DNA of 64,000 nucleotides, from positions 7,123 through 71,122 of the forward strand of contig DAINRR010000004.1 of NCBI GenBank assembly GCA_036741715.1, written 5' to 3'. The notes under the pieces were generated by a model. That model made no database searches. It had not been told where the DNA came from and saw only the letters and a program-made list of their open reading frames with translations. Positions 38,662 through 47,913 of the stretch are shown piece after piece; the first letter of the stretch is position 1; each line of letters opens with the position of its first letter. The translations under genes were made by a program, and so were the position numbers. The stretch is from Gemmatimonadales bacterium. GTDB taxonomy: Bacteria; Gemmatimonadota; Gemmatimonadetes; Gemmatimonadales; GWC2-71-9.

Positions 38662-39482
38662 GCTCCGTGACGGAGGCGCTGCGGCGGCGGCTCGATCGCG
38701 CCACGCCGGAAGGGCTCGCCGACGGCCCGGTCGTCCGCGATGCCGAGATCCGCGCGATCCTCTACGACAGTGACGTACCGGACACCGTCGCCCGCGTCCT
38801 TCCCGACGATTCCAGCGAGTGGCCCCTTCCCGCGCGCACCGGTGCCTTTCTCGCCCGCCTCGTCCAGCGCCACGACCGGAGTCGCGCGCTCGAATTCGGC
38901 GCCGGCAGCTCGTCGGTGGTGCTGGCGCATGCCCTCGCACTGCGCGGCGGTATGCTGACCTCGCTCGAACGGAGTCCCGAGTGGTGCGCGTCGCACTGGG
39001 CGGACATCGCGCGCCTCGAATCGGTGGATGCGCGCCTCGTGCCGAGCCGGCTCGTATTCCGCACCTTCCGCGGCGGCGTGGCGTGGTGCTATGAGCGCGC
39101 GCCTGCCGCGCTCGCCGAGCGCGGACCGTTCGACCTGGTTCTCGTGGACGCGCCGCAGTCGTGGGTCGGGCGGGCGGGCGCACTGCACACGGCGCTGCCA
39201 CACCTCGCGGAAGGCGCGATCATCGTCCTGGACGATGCCGGGCGGGAGGGGGAGCGCAACGTGGTCGCGGGGTGGCTTCGGGCCTACCCGGGGATCCACC
39301 TCGCCGCCTTCGATCCCGGGTTCGGTCGGCTCGGTGTGGCGGTGCTGGTGTTCGATGGGAACCGGGCTGTGCGGTGGGACGCGCTGACGCTGGCGGGAAG
39401 CCTGCTCGATACGTACCGGAACGCTCGCCGGCGGTGGCGCGAAGGCGTCGCGGGCGCGGCCGCGCCGGCCGAGCCGAACTAG
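38658..39482 (+). CDS. Class I SAM-dependent methyltransferase (Methyltransf_24/O-MTase-like)
   Basis: GTG 38658 overlaps the HD-protein stop (GTGA); the alternative is GTG 38667. Motif I ALEFGAGSSSVVLA, acidic loop SLERSPEW, and motif IV-like DLVLVDAPQ. Confidence 0.7.
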   Translation: MSSVTEALRRRLDRATPEGLADGPVVRDAEIRAILYDSDVPDTVARVLPDDSSEWPLPARTGAFLARLVQRHDRSRALEFGAGSSSVVLAHALALRGGMLTSLERSPEWCASHWADIARLESVDARLVPSRLVFRTFRGGVAWCYERAPAALAERGPFDLVLVDAPQSWVGRAGALHTALPHLAEGAIIVLDDAGREGERNVVAGWLRAYPGIHLAAFDPGFGRLGVAVLVFDGNRAVRWDALTLAGSLLDTYRNARRRWREGVAGAAAPAEPN

Positions 39483-40255
39483 CCCGCGCTCGCCGCGCTG
39501 ACCGCCGGCTGCTCCCCCGTGGCGCCGGCGCCTTCGATGCGAACGACGATGGCCGTGATGTTGTCGAGTCCCCCGCGCCGATTGGCCTCGGAGATCATCC
39601 GGTCCACCCACTTCTGCGGGCCGCCGTCCGACTGCAGGATCTTGAGGAGCTGCTCGTCCTCCAGCATGCCGGTGAGCCCGTCGGATGCGAGGAGGACGAG
39701 ATCGCCGTTCTGCAGGTTCCCGAAATAGATATCCGGCGTCACGTCCATGCCGGCACCCACGCAACGCGTGATCACGTTGCTGTAGGGATGGACTCGCGCC
39801 TGGTCCGGCGTGAGGAGGCCTGCGTCCACCTGTTCCTGGACGTAGGAATGGTCCTTCGTGAGCTGCAGGAGCTGGCCCTCGCGGAGGAGGTACGCCCGGC
39901 TGTCTCCGACCTGGCCGATCAGGTAGCGATTCGGCAGCAGCGTGAGCACGGTGACGGTGGTCCCCATGCCCCGCTTGTCGTGTTCGGCGAGGGTGCGGCC
40001 GAAGATCGCCTCGTTGGCGGCGCGGATCGCCTGGCGGAGCCGCTCGCCCACCTGCTCGTCGTTCTGGCCGCGCAGCGAGCCGAGCTCGCGTGAGATGATC
40101 CGCACCGCCATCTCGCTCGCGACCTCACCCGCGGCATGACCGCCCATGCCGTCCGCCACGATGAAGATTCCGCGGTCGGACAGCATGAGATAATTGTCTT
40201 CATTGCCGGAACGGACGATCCCGACGTCGGTCCTGGCCGCGCAGGTGAAATGCAC
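39479..40255 (-). CDS. PP2C-family Ser/Thr protein phosphatase
   Basis: RTDVGIVRSGNEDNY, IVADGMGGHAAGEVAS, LLASDGLTGML, GGLDNITAIVV. Confidence 0.92.
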   Translation of the reverse strand: MHFTCAARTDVGIVRSGNEDNYLMLSDRGIFIVADGMGGHAAGEVASEMAVRIISRELGSLRGQNDEQVGERLRQAIRAANEAIFGRTLAEHDKRGMGTTVTVLTLLPNRYLIGQVGDSRAYLLREGQLLQLTKDHSYVQEQVDAGLLTPDQARVHPYSNVITRCVGAGMDVTPDIYFGNLQNGDLVLLASDGLTGMLEDEQLLKILQSDGGPQKWVDRMISEANRRGGLDNITAIVVRIEGAGATGEQPAVSAASAG

Positions 40256-40264
40256 GAGGCTCCG

Positions 40265-41584
40265 TTAGGGCTGCATCATCAGTATGGCGGCCAGCGCGAG
40301 GGCCACGGCCAGCAGGACCAGCAGCACGTACAGTGACGCCCGGCTCCGCTCGGGCGGCCTGGGCGACGGCTTTCTGGGGCGCGCCGGGGCCGGCCTCCGT
40401 GCCGGCTCCGCTGCGGTGCTCATCGGCTCCATGGGGCGCACCGGGTAGGGCGTCGGCTCGACCGGCGGCAGCACCCGCGTCTCTCCCGAGACGGCCTCGA
40501 CCGACCCGTTGTCGACCGGATCGAAGAGCAGAATCACTTCGCCCAGTCGGATGGTGGCGCCCGGACCGAGCGGCACCTCCCCGCTGGCGAGTTCTCCATC
40601 AACGAACGTGCCATTGGTCGAGCCCAGATCACTCAGCATCCAGATGCCGCCCCGATGCTGCAGCTTGGCGTGCATGGTGCTGACGCTCGGGTCGGCGATG
40701 ACCACGTCGTTGTAGTCTGCCCGCCCCATGTTGGCCACCGGAACGCGGATCTGGTGCCGTTCTCCCTTCCGCTCGCCGCTGCGGATGAGAATCGACGCCA
40801 GCGGCGTCGCGGCGGCCGGAGGGCGGGTCTCCTGGCTTTCGACGGCGGCAACGCCGAAGAACGTATCGTTGAGCCGGTGCTCCGCCCCGGGCGGTGGCAC
40901 GGCCGGAAACTCGGACGACGGGGCGGCAGGCTCGGCGGTGGCTACGTCGGCGTAGAACCGGAACTCCTCGGTTCCCATCCGGATCACGTCCCCGCGTCCG
41001 AGGCGCAGCTCGCCGGCCACACGTTCGTCCCGGACGAAGGTCCCGTTGACGCTCGTGTCGATCAGGACGTAGCCATCGGGTCGAGGGTGGATCTCCGCGT
41101 GACGGCGCGACACGTCGTTCCCGGTCACCACGACGTCCGACGATGCGTCCCGGCCGAAGACCAGCGAACGGTCTCCGATCTGGTACTCGCGCCCGTCGGT
41201 CAGCGAGACCACCCTGCCGGAGTTCATGGCCCGGGTCGGCGCGCCCGTGAGGCCGGGCCCGGACGGAAGCGCGACGGCGCTGAAGACCTGGGTGCTCCCG
41301 GCGCGCTTCTGGTCCACGACGAGGATCTCGTGGTCGCCGACGTGGAGCTTGTCCCCATGGAGGAGCGGGATCGGATCGGTGCCCAGCCGGACGCCGTTCA
41401 CGCGCACCTCGGCATCGCCGATGGGGCGGACGGCGGCCGAGCCGTCAGGCCATCCCTGCACGATGGCATGACGCGCCGCCACCCCCTCGCCGGCCAGGGG
41501 AACGCGAGCGCCCTCTTCAGATCCAATGGTGATCTCTCCGGCGGTTACCGGGTACCGCTTCCCGCCGAGCTCGAGGGACAGCAT
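40265..41584 (-). CDS. Triple-FHA-domain protein with Pro-rich linker and C-terminal TM anchor
   Basis: ATG 41584 is preceded by GGGAG. It has three FHA cores: ITIGSEEG...ARHAIV; LVFGRDASSDVVVTGNDVSRRHAEI...DTSVNGTFV; ANMGRADYNDVVIADPSVSTMHAKL...DLGSTNGTFV. The C-terminus is SLYVLLVLLAVALALAAILMM. Confidence 0.85.
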   Translation of the reverse strand: MLSLELGGKRYPVTAGEITIGSEEGARVPLAGEGVAARHAIVQGWPDGSAAVRPIGDAEVRVNGVRLGTDPIPLLHGDKLHVGDHEILVVDQKRAGSTQVFSAVALPSGPGLTGAPTRAMNSGRVVSLTDGREYQIGDRSLVFGRDASSDVVVTGNDVSRRHAEIHPRPDGYVLIDTSVNGTFVRDERVAGELRLGRGDVIRMGTEEFRFYADVATAEPAAPSSEFPAVPPPGAEHRLNDTFFGVAAVESQETRPPAAATPLASILIRSGERKGERHQIRVPVANMGRADYNDVVIADPSVSTMHAKLQHRGGIWMLSDLGSTNGTFVDGELASGEVPLGPGATIRLGEVILLFDPVDNGSVEAVSGETRVLPPVEPTPYPVRPMEPMSTAAEPARRPAPARPRKPSPRPPERSRASLYVLLVLLAVALALAAILMMQP

Positions 41585-41662
41585 TCGCTCCCTTTTCCGG
41601 TGCTGTGAATTGGTCGCCCAAAACGTACCCGCCCCCAATCTACGGGCGCAAGCGAAGGCTGG

Positions 41663-43447
41663 TTAGGCCGTTCGCCGCACCTCCACACCGCGGATCTGCA
41701 GCTCGTACAGCCGCTGGTAGAGGCCGCCGGCGGCCAGGAGCTCCCGGTGGGTCCCCCGCTCGCGGATCTCTCCGTGGTGGAGGACGAGAATTTCGTCCGC
41801 ATGGAGGATGGTGCTGAGCCGGTGGGCCACGACGAGGCTGGTCCGGCCGGCCATCAGCTCCGCGATCGCCTCCTGGATCTGCGCCTCCGCCTCCGCGTCC
41901 ACCGAGCTCGTCGCCTCGTCGAGCACGAGTATGGCCGGATCGAGCGCCAGGGCGCGGGCAAAGCTCAGGAGCTGCCGCTCGCCGACACTCAGGCTCCGGC
42001 CACGCTCACCGAGCACGTGGCGGTACCCCTCGGGAAGCCGGGCGATGAAGCGATCCGCCCCCACGCGCTCCGCCGCGAGCCGGGCCTGGGCCTGGTCGAT
42101 CGGCGCATCGAGGACGAGGTTGCGAAGGACGTCCCCCGTGAAGAGGAAGAGGTCCTGCTGCACAAAGCCGATCAGGCCCCGCAGGTCCGACGTCGCGAGC
42201 GCGCGGATGTCCACCCCATCCACCGTGATCGTGCCGCGGGTCGGGTCGTAGAACCGGAGGAGCAGGCTGATGATCGTGGTCTTGCCCGCCCCGGTGTGCC
42301 CGACGAGTGCGATCGTGCGGCCCGGAGCCGCCGTGAACGACACGTCACGAAGGACCCACGGGCCCTCCTCCGAATAGCGGAACCAGACGTGCTCGAAGCG
42401 CACTTCGCCCCGCGCGGGCCGGGGCAGCGCCGCGGGGGCCTCGGGCTCGCGTACCGTGATCGGCGCGTCGAGCAGCTCGAAGATGCGCTCCGAGGAAGCC
42501 ATCGCGCCCTGCAGGAGGTTCACCTTCTCGGAGAGATCCTGGAGCGGCTGGAAGAAGCGGCGCGAGAGCTGGATGAAGGCCGCGAGGGTGCCCACGGTGA
42601 CGGTGCCCCCGAGCGTCCGGAGCCCGCCGTACCAGAGGAGAAGGCCGAGTGCGAGCGTCGAGAGAAACTCGACGGCGGGGAAGAAGAGGGCGTAGATCCG
42701 GATGGAGCGGAGGTGCGCTTCGAGGTGCTCGCGGTTGAGCCGGTCGAATTCGCCGAGTGCCGCGCGCTCGCGCCCGAAGAGCTGGACCACCCGCATGCCG
42801 GAGAGGTGCTCCTGCAGGAAGGCGTTGATGCGCGCGAGCCGGATACGGATCTCGCGGAAAGCCTCGCGCACCGACCGGCGAAAGAACGTCACCACGTCCC
42901 AGACGAGAGGAATGACGGCAAACGCGACGAGCGCGAGCCGCCAGTCCATCAGCAGCATCATTCCCATGATCGCGACGAGCGCGAAGATGTCGCCGAAGAC
43001 CGTGACGAGCCCTGAGGAGAAGAGCTCGTTGAGGGTCTCGACGTCGCTCGTCACGCGCGTCATCAGGCGGCCGACCGGGTGGCGGTCGTAGAAGGGGATG
43101 CTGAGCCGCTGCAGGTGGGTGAAGAGCCGGAGGCGGATCTCGCGCATCACCCGCTGGCCGATCGTCGTGGTGATCAGCGCCTGCGCGTAGTCGGCGGCGA
43201 ACTCGAGGGCGAGCGCAGCCAGGAAGAGGAGTGCGAGCGTCGTGAGGAGGCCCGTGTCGCGCGCGGGAATCGCGACGTCGAGCGCGTGCTGCGTGAGCCG
43301 CGGGCCGGCGAGCGTCAGCACGGCGCCGGCGAGCAGCAGCAGGAGCGCGAGGCCGGTGAGCGCCCAGTGCGGCCGGAGGAACTGGAGCAGGCGGCGGAGC
43401 AGCCGCGCATCGTAGGCGCGGCCGAGCGGCTCCTCGTCGTGGCTCAC
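41663..43447 (-). CDS. ABC exporter, fused TMD-NBD (MsbA/ABCB-like)
   Basis: Six N-terminal TM helices. Walker A GHTGAGKTT, signature LSVGERQLLSFARAL, Walker B ILVLDEATSSVD, H-loop VAHRLS. Confidence 0.92.
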   Translation of the reverse strand: MSHDEEPLGRAYDARLLRRLLQFLRPHWALTGLALLLLLAGAVLTLAGPRLTQHALDVAIPARDTGLLTTLALLFLAALALEFAADYAQALITTTIGQRVMREIRLRLFTHLQRLSIPFYDRHPVGRLMTRVTSDVETLNELFSSGLVTVFGDIFALVAIMGMMLLMDWRLALVAFAVIPLVWDVVTFFRRSVREAFREIRIRLARINAFLQEHLSGMRVVQLFGRERAALGEFDRLNREHLEAHLRSIRIYALFFPAVEFLSTLALGLLLWYGGLRTLGGTVTVGTLAAFIQLSRRFFQPLQDLSEKVNLLQGAMASSERIFELLDAPITVREPEAPAALPRPARGEVRFEHVWFRYSEEGPWVLRDVSFTAAPGRTIALVGHTGAGKTTIISLLLRFYDPTRGTITVDGVDIRALATSDLRGLIGFVQQDLFLFTGDVLRNLVLDAPIDQAQARLAAERVGADRFIARLPEGYRHVLGERGRSLSVGERQLLSFARALALDPAILVLDEATSSVDAEAEAQIQEAIAELMAGRTSLVVAHRLSTILHADEILVLHHGEIRERGTHRELLAAGGLYQRLYELQIRGVEVRRTA

Positions 43448-43454
43448 GGCCGGT

Positions 43455-44540
43455 TCATTCGAGCGCGACGGTTCCCGGCTCGTCCGCCGGCGAGCCGATC
43501 GACTTGAGCCCCTTCCGCACCCAGTGCGAAAAGACGAAGAAGCCGGCAGCCACGGTGTAGTACGTCAGCACGAGACGCCAGATGAGGGTGTAGAGCGGCG
43601 TCAGCTCCTTCGGCACGTACACCGACATGACGGCGGCCGACATCAGCTCCGCGATGCCCGAGGCGCCCGGGGTCGGCGCGAAGTAGAGCAGGAACGTGAT
43701 CAGCGTCTGCAGCAGGAGCACGTCCACGAAGTTCGCGTGAATGCCGAGCGCCCGAAGCGTGACGTAGCCGGCGAGGAGCTTGTTGGCGTGGGAGGGGCCG
43801 GAGAGGAGCGTGCACCAGAGGACGGCGAGCCATCCACGCGGCCGGTTGAGCGTCACGAGGTGCCCGTGCGCCTCGTCGAGCCCCGTGCGGAAGGAATCGA
43901 GCCGCGAGGCGAAGCGGGCATTCCGCCGTCCCACCCACTCCGCTGCGCGCTTGAGCAGGTCCCGCACCAGGCGCGGGAAGATCATGACGAGCACGAGGAG
44001 TGCGCCGAGGCTGGCGAATACCGTGAGGCTGCCGAGAAAGAGATCGTAGAGTGAAAGCCCGAAGACGTTGCCCCGCTCGCCGAGCGACTTCCCCGCTCCG
44101 GCGAAGATCGCGGCCGGCCCCGCGATGGCGAAGAAGGCGACCGTCCCGACGAATCCCATGAGCGTCGAGGTCATCGCGACCGGGAGCGGGACGCCGTAGC
44201 GGCGCATCGTGTAGAGCATCATGGGCGCCGATCCCGACTGGAGCGGCGTGATATAGGCCGCCCAGGCACTCATGCCCCCGGCGAGGATCATCCCCCTGAG
44301 CGACGGTTTCGGCATCAGCTCGCGCGCCACCACCCAGAGCCTGAGGCCGCCACCGATCCAGTCCATGGACGCCAGGCCGAGCCCGGCGAGGACCCAGCCC
44401 CACTGGATCCGGCCCAGGCCCTGGATGAACGCGGGGAGGTTGTTGCCGTAGAGGAGGGTGAGCCCGAAGCCGATGACCGAGGCGGCAACGAATATCTCGA
44501 AGCCCCGGAGGAGGATCTTCGGCGTGAGCAGTTTGGGCAT
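43455..44540 (-). CDS. Flippase-like (LPG_synthase_TM / UPF0104) integral membrane protein
   Basis: 361 aa with about 8 TM helices. N-terminal KILLRGFEIFVAASVIGFGL... and ...LRLWVVARELMPK...GASGIAELM... resemble the MprF-flippase-type domain. The stop is 7 nt before the ABC exporter start. Confidence 0.78.
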   Translation of the reverse strand: MPKLLTPKILLRGFEIFVAASVIGFGLTLLYGNNLPAFIQGLGRIQWGWVLAGLGLASMDWIGGGLRLWVVARELMPKPSLRGMILAGGMSAWAAYITPLQSGSAPMMLYTMRRYGVPLPVAMTSTLMGFVGTVAFFAIAGPAAIFAGAGKSLGERGNVFGLSLYDLFLGSLTVFASLGALLVLVMIFPRLVRDLLKRAAEWVGRRNARFASRLDSFRTGLDEAHGHLVTLNRPRGWLAVLWCTLLSGPSHANKLLAGYVTLRALGIHANFVDVLLLQTLITFLLYFAPTPGASGIAELMSAAVMSVYVPKELTPLYTLIWRLVLTYYTVAAGFFVFSHWVRKGLKSIGSPADEPGTVALE

Positions 44541-44613
44541 GGGCGGGTGAAAGGTGCGTGAGCGGGGGGCGGGAGTCTAGGGGAGGCGACCGGGGACGGC
44601 GGGGTGAACTACG

Positions 44614-45025
44614 CACACACGAAAACACGAAAGGACGAAAGGGGGCGGAGCGGGGCGGCTCCCGGTGTGTCGGGCTGGGGTGAGGGTGAGGGGGGTGCTG
44701 GCTGAATCGCGAAAGCGCGAAAGAACAGCGAAACCCGCGAAAGGCGCCGTTTGCGGGCAGGCTCCGAATCCGTGGTGAGTTCGGAGCCTTTGTTGTTGTG
44801 GGCTCTCCCCTGGGCTCCGTGCGCCGGGCGTGCACGGGAGCCCACAAACAAATCGTCAGACGCTGCAGGAGAAGCGGGGGCCGTTGCTCGAGCCGGCCCT
44901 TTCGTAGTTTTCGCGCTTTCGCGGTTTCGCGATTCCGCCGAAACCCCGCCTGCCGCGATGCCCGCCCGGCACGAGGGAGCCCGCCCGCCCCCCGCCCCCT
45001 TTCGTCCTTTCGTGTTTTCGTGTGC
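44614..45025. repeat. ~410-bp nested imperfect palindrome built from octamer-periodic repeats (locus C), in the flippase-like/uvrA divergent intergenic region
   Basis: Outer arms: CACACGAAAACACGAAAGGACGAAAGGGGGCGG.. (44616-) versus its complement ..CCGCCCCCTTTCGTCCTTTCGTGTTTTCGTGTG (-45023). Inner arms: GAATCGCGAAAGCGCGAAAGAACAGCGAAACCCGCGAAAGG (~44704-44745) versus CCTTTCGTAGTTTTCGCGCTTTCGCGGTTTCGCGATTC (~44897-44935). The core carries two further hairpins: 44760-44788 with a 9-bp stem, and 44811-44844 with an 11-bp stem. No plausible ORF. Confidence 0.85.
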
Positions 45026-45114
45026 CGATGTTAATGCCCGCCTGTCGTATGACCCGCCGCAGCGCACCCTGCCCGAAACTTTCCCGAACCAGTCTGCTCC
45101 GCTATCCTTCCCGC

Positions 45115-47913
45115 GTGTCCGTCATCCGCATCGTGAACGCCCGCCAGCACAACCTGAAGGGCGTTACAGTCGATTTGCCGCACCGGTCGCTGATCGTCGT
45201 CACCGGTCCCTCGGGATCGGGGAAGAGCTCGCTCGCGTTCGATACGATCTACGCCGAAGGCCAGCGGCGCTACATCGAATCGCTCTCCACGTACGCCAAG
45301 CAGTTCCTCGACCGGATGCCCAAGCCGCAGGTGGACCGGCTCGAAGGGCTCGCGCCCGCCGTCGCCATCGAGCAGCACAATCCGACGATGTCGAGCCGGT
45401 CGACCGTGGGAACGGCCACCGAGGTCTACGATTTCCTGCGGCTTCTCTGGGCGCGGATCGGCCGGACGTTCTGCCGGAACTGCGGCGCGCCGGTCCGGCG
45501 CGATACGCCGGCCAGCGCCACGGACGACGTGCTCGCGGGCGCCGTCGGCCGGCTCGCCGTCACCTTCCCCCTTCCCGCCTCCGCGCGGCACAGCCACGCC
45601 GCGATCGTCGAGAACCTCCGCGCGCTCGGCTTCGTCCGGGTGCTCGCGGGCGGCACGGCACTCCACCTCGACGAGCTGCCGGAGAAGATCGATCTCGCGG
45701 CGGAACCCGACCTGCTCGTCGTCGTGGATCGACTCGGCTCGGGTGCCGAGCATGCGCCGCGCGTCGCCGAGGCGATCGCCGCCGCGTTCGACGAAGGCGA
45801 GGGGGTCGCGGTCGTCGTCCATGAGGCCGGGCGCTTGCGCTTCACCGAGTTTCCCGCGTGCAGCCGCTGCGATACTCCGGCCGCGACCTGCACGCCCGCG
45901 CTCTTCTCGTTCAACAATCCGCGCGGCGCCTGCCCGGCGTGCAACGGGTTCGGCGCCACGCTCGAATACGCCGAGTCGCTCGTCGTCCCGGATCCGGCGC
46001 GCAGCCTGGCCGACGGCGCGATCGATCCGTGGACGAAGCCACGGTACGAAGCGCGCCGGAAGCTGCTCCTTTCGACCGCGCGCTCACTCGGCGCCGATGT
46101 GGACGCCTCGTGGCGCCGCCTGAGCGCCGAGGTGCGGAAGACGCTGCTGTACGGGAAGAAGGGGCGTTACCTCGGGATCTTTCCCTTCCTCAAGGAGCTC
46201 GAGGAAAAGCGCTACAAGCAGTACATCCGCGTCTTCCTCCGGCAGTACCAGCTCGCCGAGACGTGCGAGCGGTGCGGCGGGACGCGGCTCAACGACGATG
46301 CGCTGGCCGTGCGGGTGAACGATCGGCGCATCTCGGACATCGCGGCCCTCTCGATCGACGATGCCGCCGGCTGGCTCGAGTCGCTGCAGCTCGGCCCGGC
46401 CGATGCGGCGATCGCCGCGCTCGTCACCGAGCAGGCCGGGGCGCGGCTCAGCTTCCTGCGCGATGTCGGCCTCGGGTATCTCTCGCTCGACCGGCAGACG
46501 CGCACGCTGAGCGGCGGCGAAGCGCAGCGCATCTCGCTGTCGAACGCCCTCGGCTCGAAACTCGTGGACACCCTCTACGTCCTCGACGAGCCGAGCATCG
46601 GCCTCCACCCGCGCGACACCGACCGTCTCCTGGGCCTGCTCCGGCGCCTGCGCGACGCGGGCAACACGGTCATCGTGGTCGAGCACGACCCGGCGGCGAT
46701 CGAGCAGGCGGATTTCATGCTCGAGCTCGGCCCCGGCGCGGGGGAGCACGGCGGCATGGTCGTTCACGCGGGGCCTCCGTCGGCGCCGAGCGAGTCGCTG
46801 ACCGGGCAGTACCTCTCGGGCCGCAAGCGCATCGGCGTGCCGAGCGCGCGCCGGCCGACGGGACCGCAGTGGATCCGCGTGCGCGGAGCCACGCTCCACA
46901 CGCTCGAGGGAGTGGACGCCGACATTCCACTCGGCACGCTCACGGCGGTGACGGGCGTCTCGGGCTCGGGGAAGAGCACGCTCGTGCACGACATTCTCTA
47001 TCGCCATCTCGAGGCGCGGATTCACGGCGAGCACTCGGCCAAGTCCCACCTTGGCGAGGCGGTGGGGGGCGTCGCGTCGCTGAAAGGCGCCGAGCTGCTG
47101 CAGGACGTGCTGCTGGTGGACCAGTCGCCGATCGGCCGCACGCCGCGCTCCAATCCGATCACCTACGTCAAGGCGTTCGACGAGATCCGCGAGCTCTTCG
47201 CCGACCAGCCGCTCTCGCGCCGGCGTGGCTATACCCCGGCCACGTTTTCCTTCAACATGGAGGGCGGGCGGTGCGAGGCGTGCGAGGGCGCCGGCGCGGT
47301 ACAGGTGGAGATGGTGTTCCTGGCGGACGTCTTCGTGCCGTGCGAAACCTGCGGCGGGCGGCGCTTCAAGCGGGAAGTGCTCGAGGTGAAGATCGGCGGC
47401 TATTCGGTGCACGACGTCCTGCAGTGGAGCGTGGAGGAGGCGGTCGGGCGGTTCCGGCACCAGCCGAAGTTAGGCACGGCGCTCTGGCACCTGCAGCAGG
47501 TGGGGCTCGGCTATCTCCGGCTCGGGCAGCCGGCCACCACTCTCTCGGGCGGCGAGGCGCAGCGGCTCAAGATCGCGCGCGAGCTCATCAGCGCGGGAAA
47601 GCGGAAAGGCCGGAAGCTCTACCTTCTCGACGAGCCCACCACCGGCCTCCATCTCGACGACGTGCGGGTCCTCATGTCCGTGCTCGACCGCCTGGTGGAC
47701 GCGGGGCACACCGTGCTCGTCATCGAGCATCATCTCGACGTGATCAAGCGGGCGGACTGGGTGATCGACATGGGACCCGAGGCGGGTGCCGCGGGCGGGC
47801 GCGTCGTCGTGCAGGGGACGCCGGAGGAGGTGGCGGCGCATCCCGAGTCGATCACCGGCCGCTTCCTGAAGCCGCTCCTCGAAGAAGCCGCAGGACCCGC
47901 GCTCGTTCCATGA
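45115..47913 (+). CDS. uvrA: Excinuclease ABC subunit A
   Basis: (V)SVIRIVNARQHNLKGVTVDLP..VVTGPSGSGKSSLAFDTIYAEGQRRY. Zn-finger cysteines, two ABC signatures (LSGGEAQRISL / LSGGEAQRLKI), and a second Walker A GVSGSGKST. GTG 45115 is preferred over ATG 45049/45022 because codons upstream are A/T-ending. Confidence 0.96.
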   Translation: MSVIRIVNARQHNLKGVTVDLPHRSLIVVTGPSGSGKSSLAFDTIYAEGQRRYIESLSTYAKQFLDRMPKPQVDRLEGLAPAVAIEQHNPTMSSRSTVGTATEVYDFLRLLWARIGRTFCRNCGAPVRRDTPASATDDVLAGAVGRLAVTFPLPASARHSHAAIVENLRALGFVRVLAGGTALHLDELPEKIDLAAEPDLLVVVDRLGSGAEHAPRVAEAIAAAFDEGEGVAVVVHEAGRLRFTEFPACSRCDTPAATCTPALFSFNNPRGACPACNGFGATLEYAESLVVPDPARSLADGAIDPWTKPRYEARRKLLLSTARSLGADVDASWRRLSAEVRKTLLYGKKGRYLGIFPFLKELEEKRYKQYIRVFLRQYQLAETCERCGGTRLNDDALAVRVNDRRISDIAALSIDDAAGWLESLQLGPADAAIAALVTEQAGARLSFLRDVGLGYLSLDRQTRTLSGGEAQRISLSNALGSKLVDTLYVLDEPSIGLHPRDTDRLLGLLRRLRDAGNTVIVVEHDPAAIEQADFMLELGPGAGEHGGMVVHAGPPSAPSESLTGQYLSGRKRIGVPSARRPTGPQWIRVRGATLHTLEGVDADIPLGTLTAVTGVSGSGKSTLVHDILYRHLEARIHGEHSAKSHLGEAVGGVASLKGAELLQDVLLVDQSPIGRTPRSNPITYVKAFDEIRELFADQPLSRRRGYTPATFSFNMEGGRCEACEGAGAVQVEMVFLADVFVPCETCGGRRFKREVLEVKIGGYSVHDVLQWSVEEAVGRFRHQPKLGTALWHLQQVGLGYLRLGQPATTLSGGEAQRLKIARELISAGKRKGRKLYLLDEPTTGLHLDDVRVLMSVLDRLVDAGHTVLVIEHHLDVIKRADWVIDMGPEAGAAGGRVVVQGTPEEVAAHPESITGRFLKPLLEEAAGPALVP

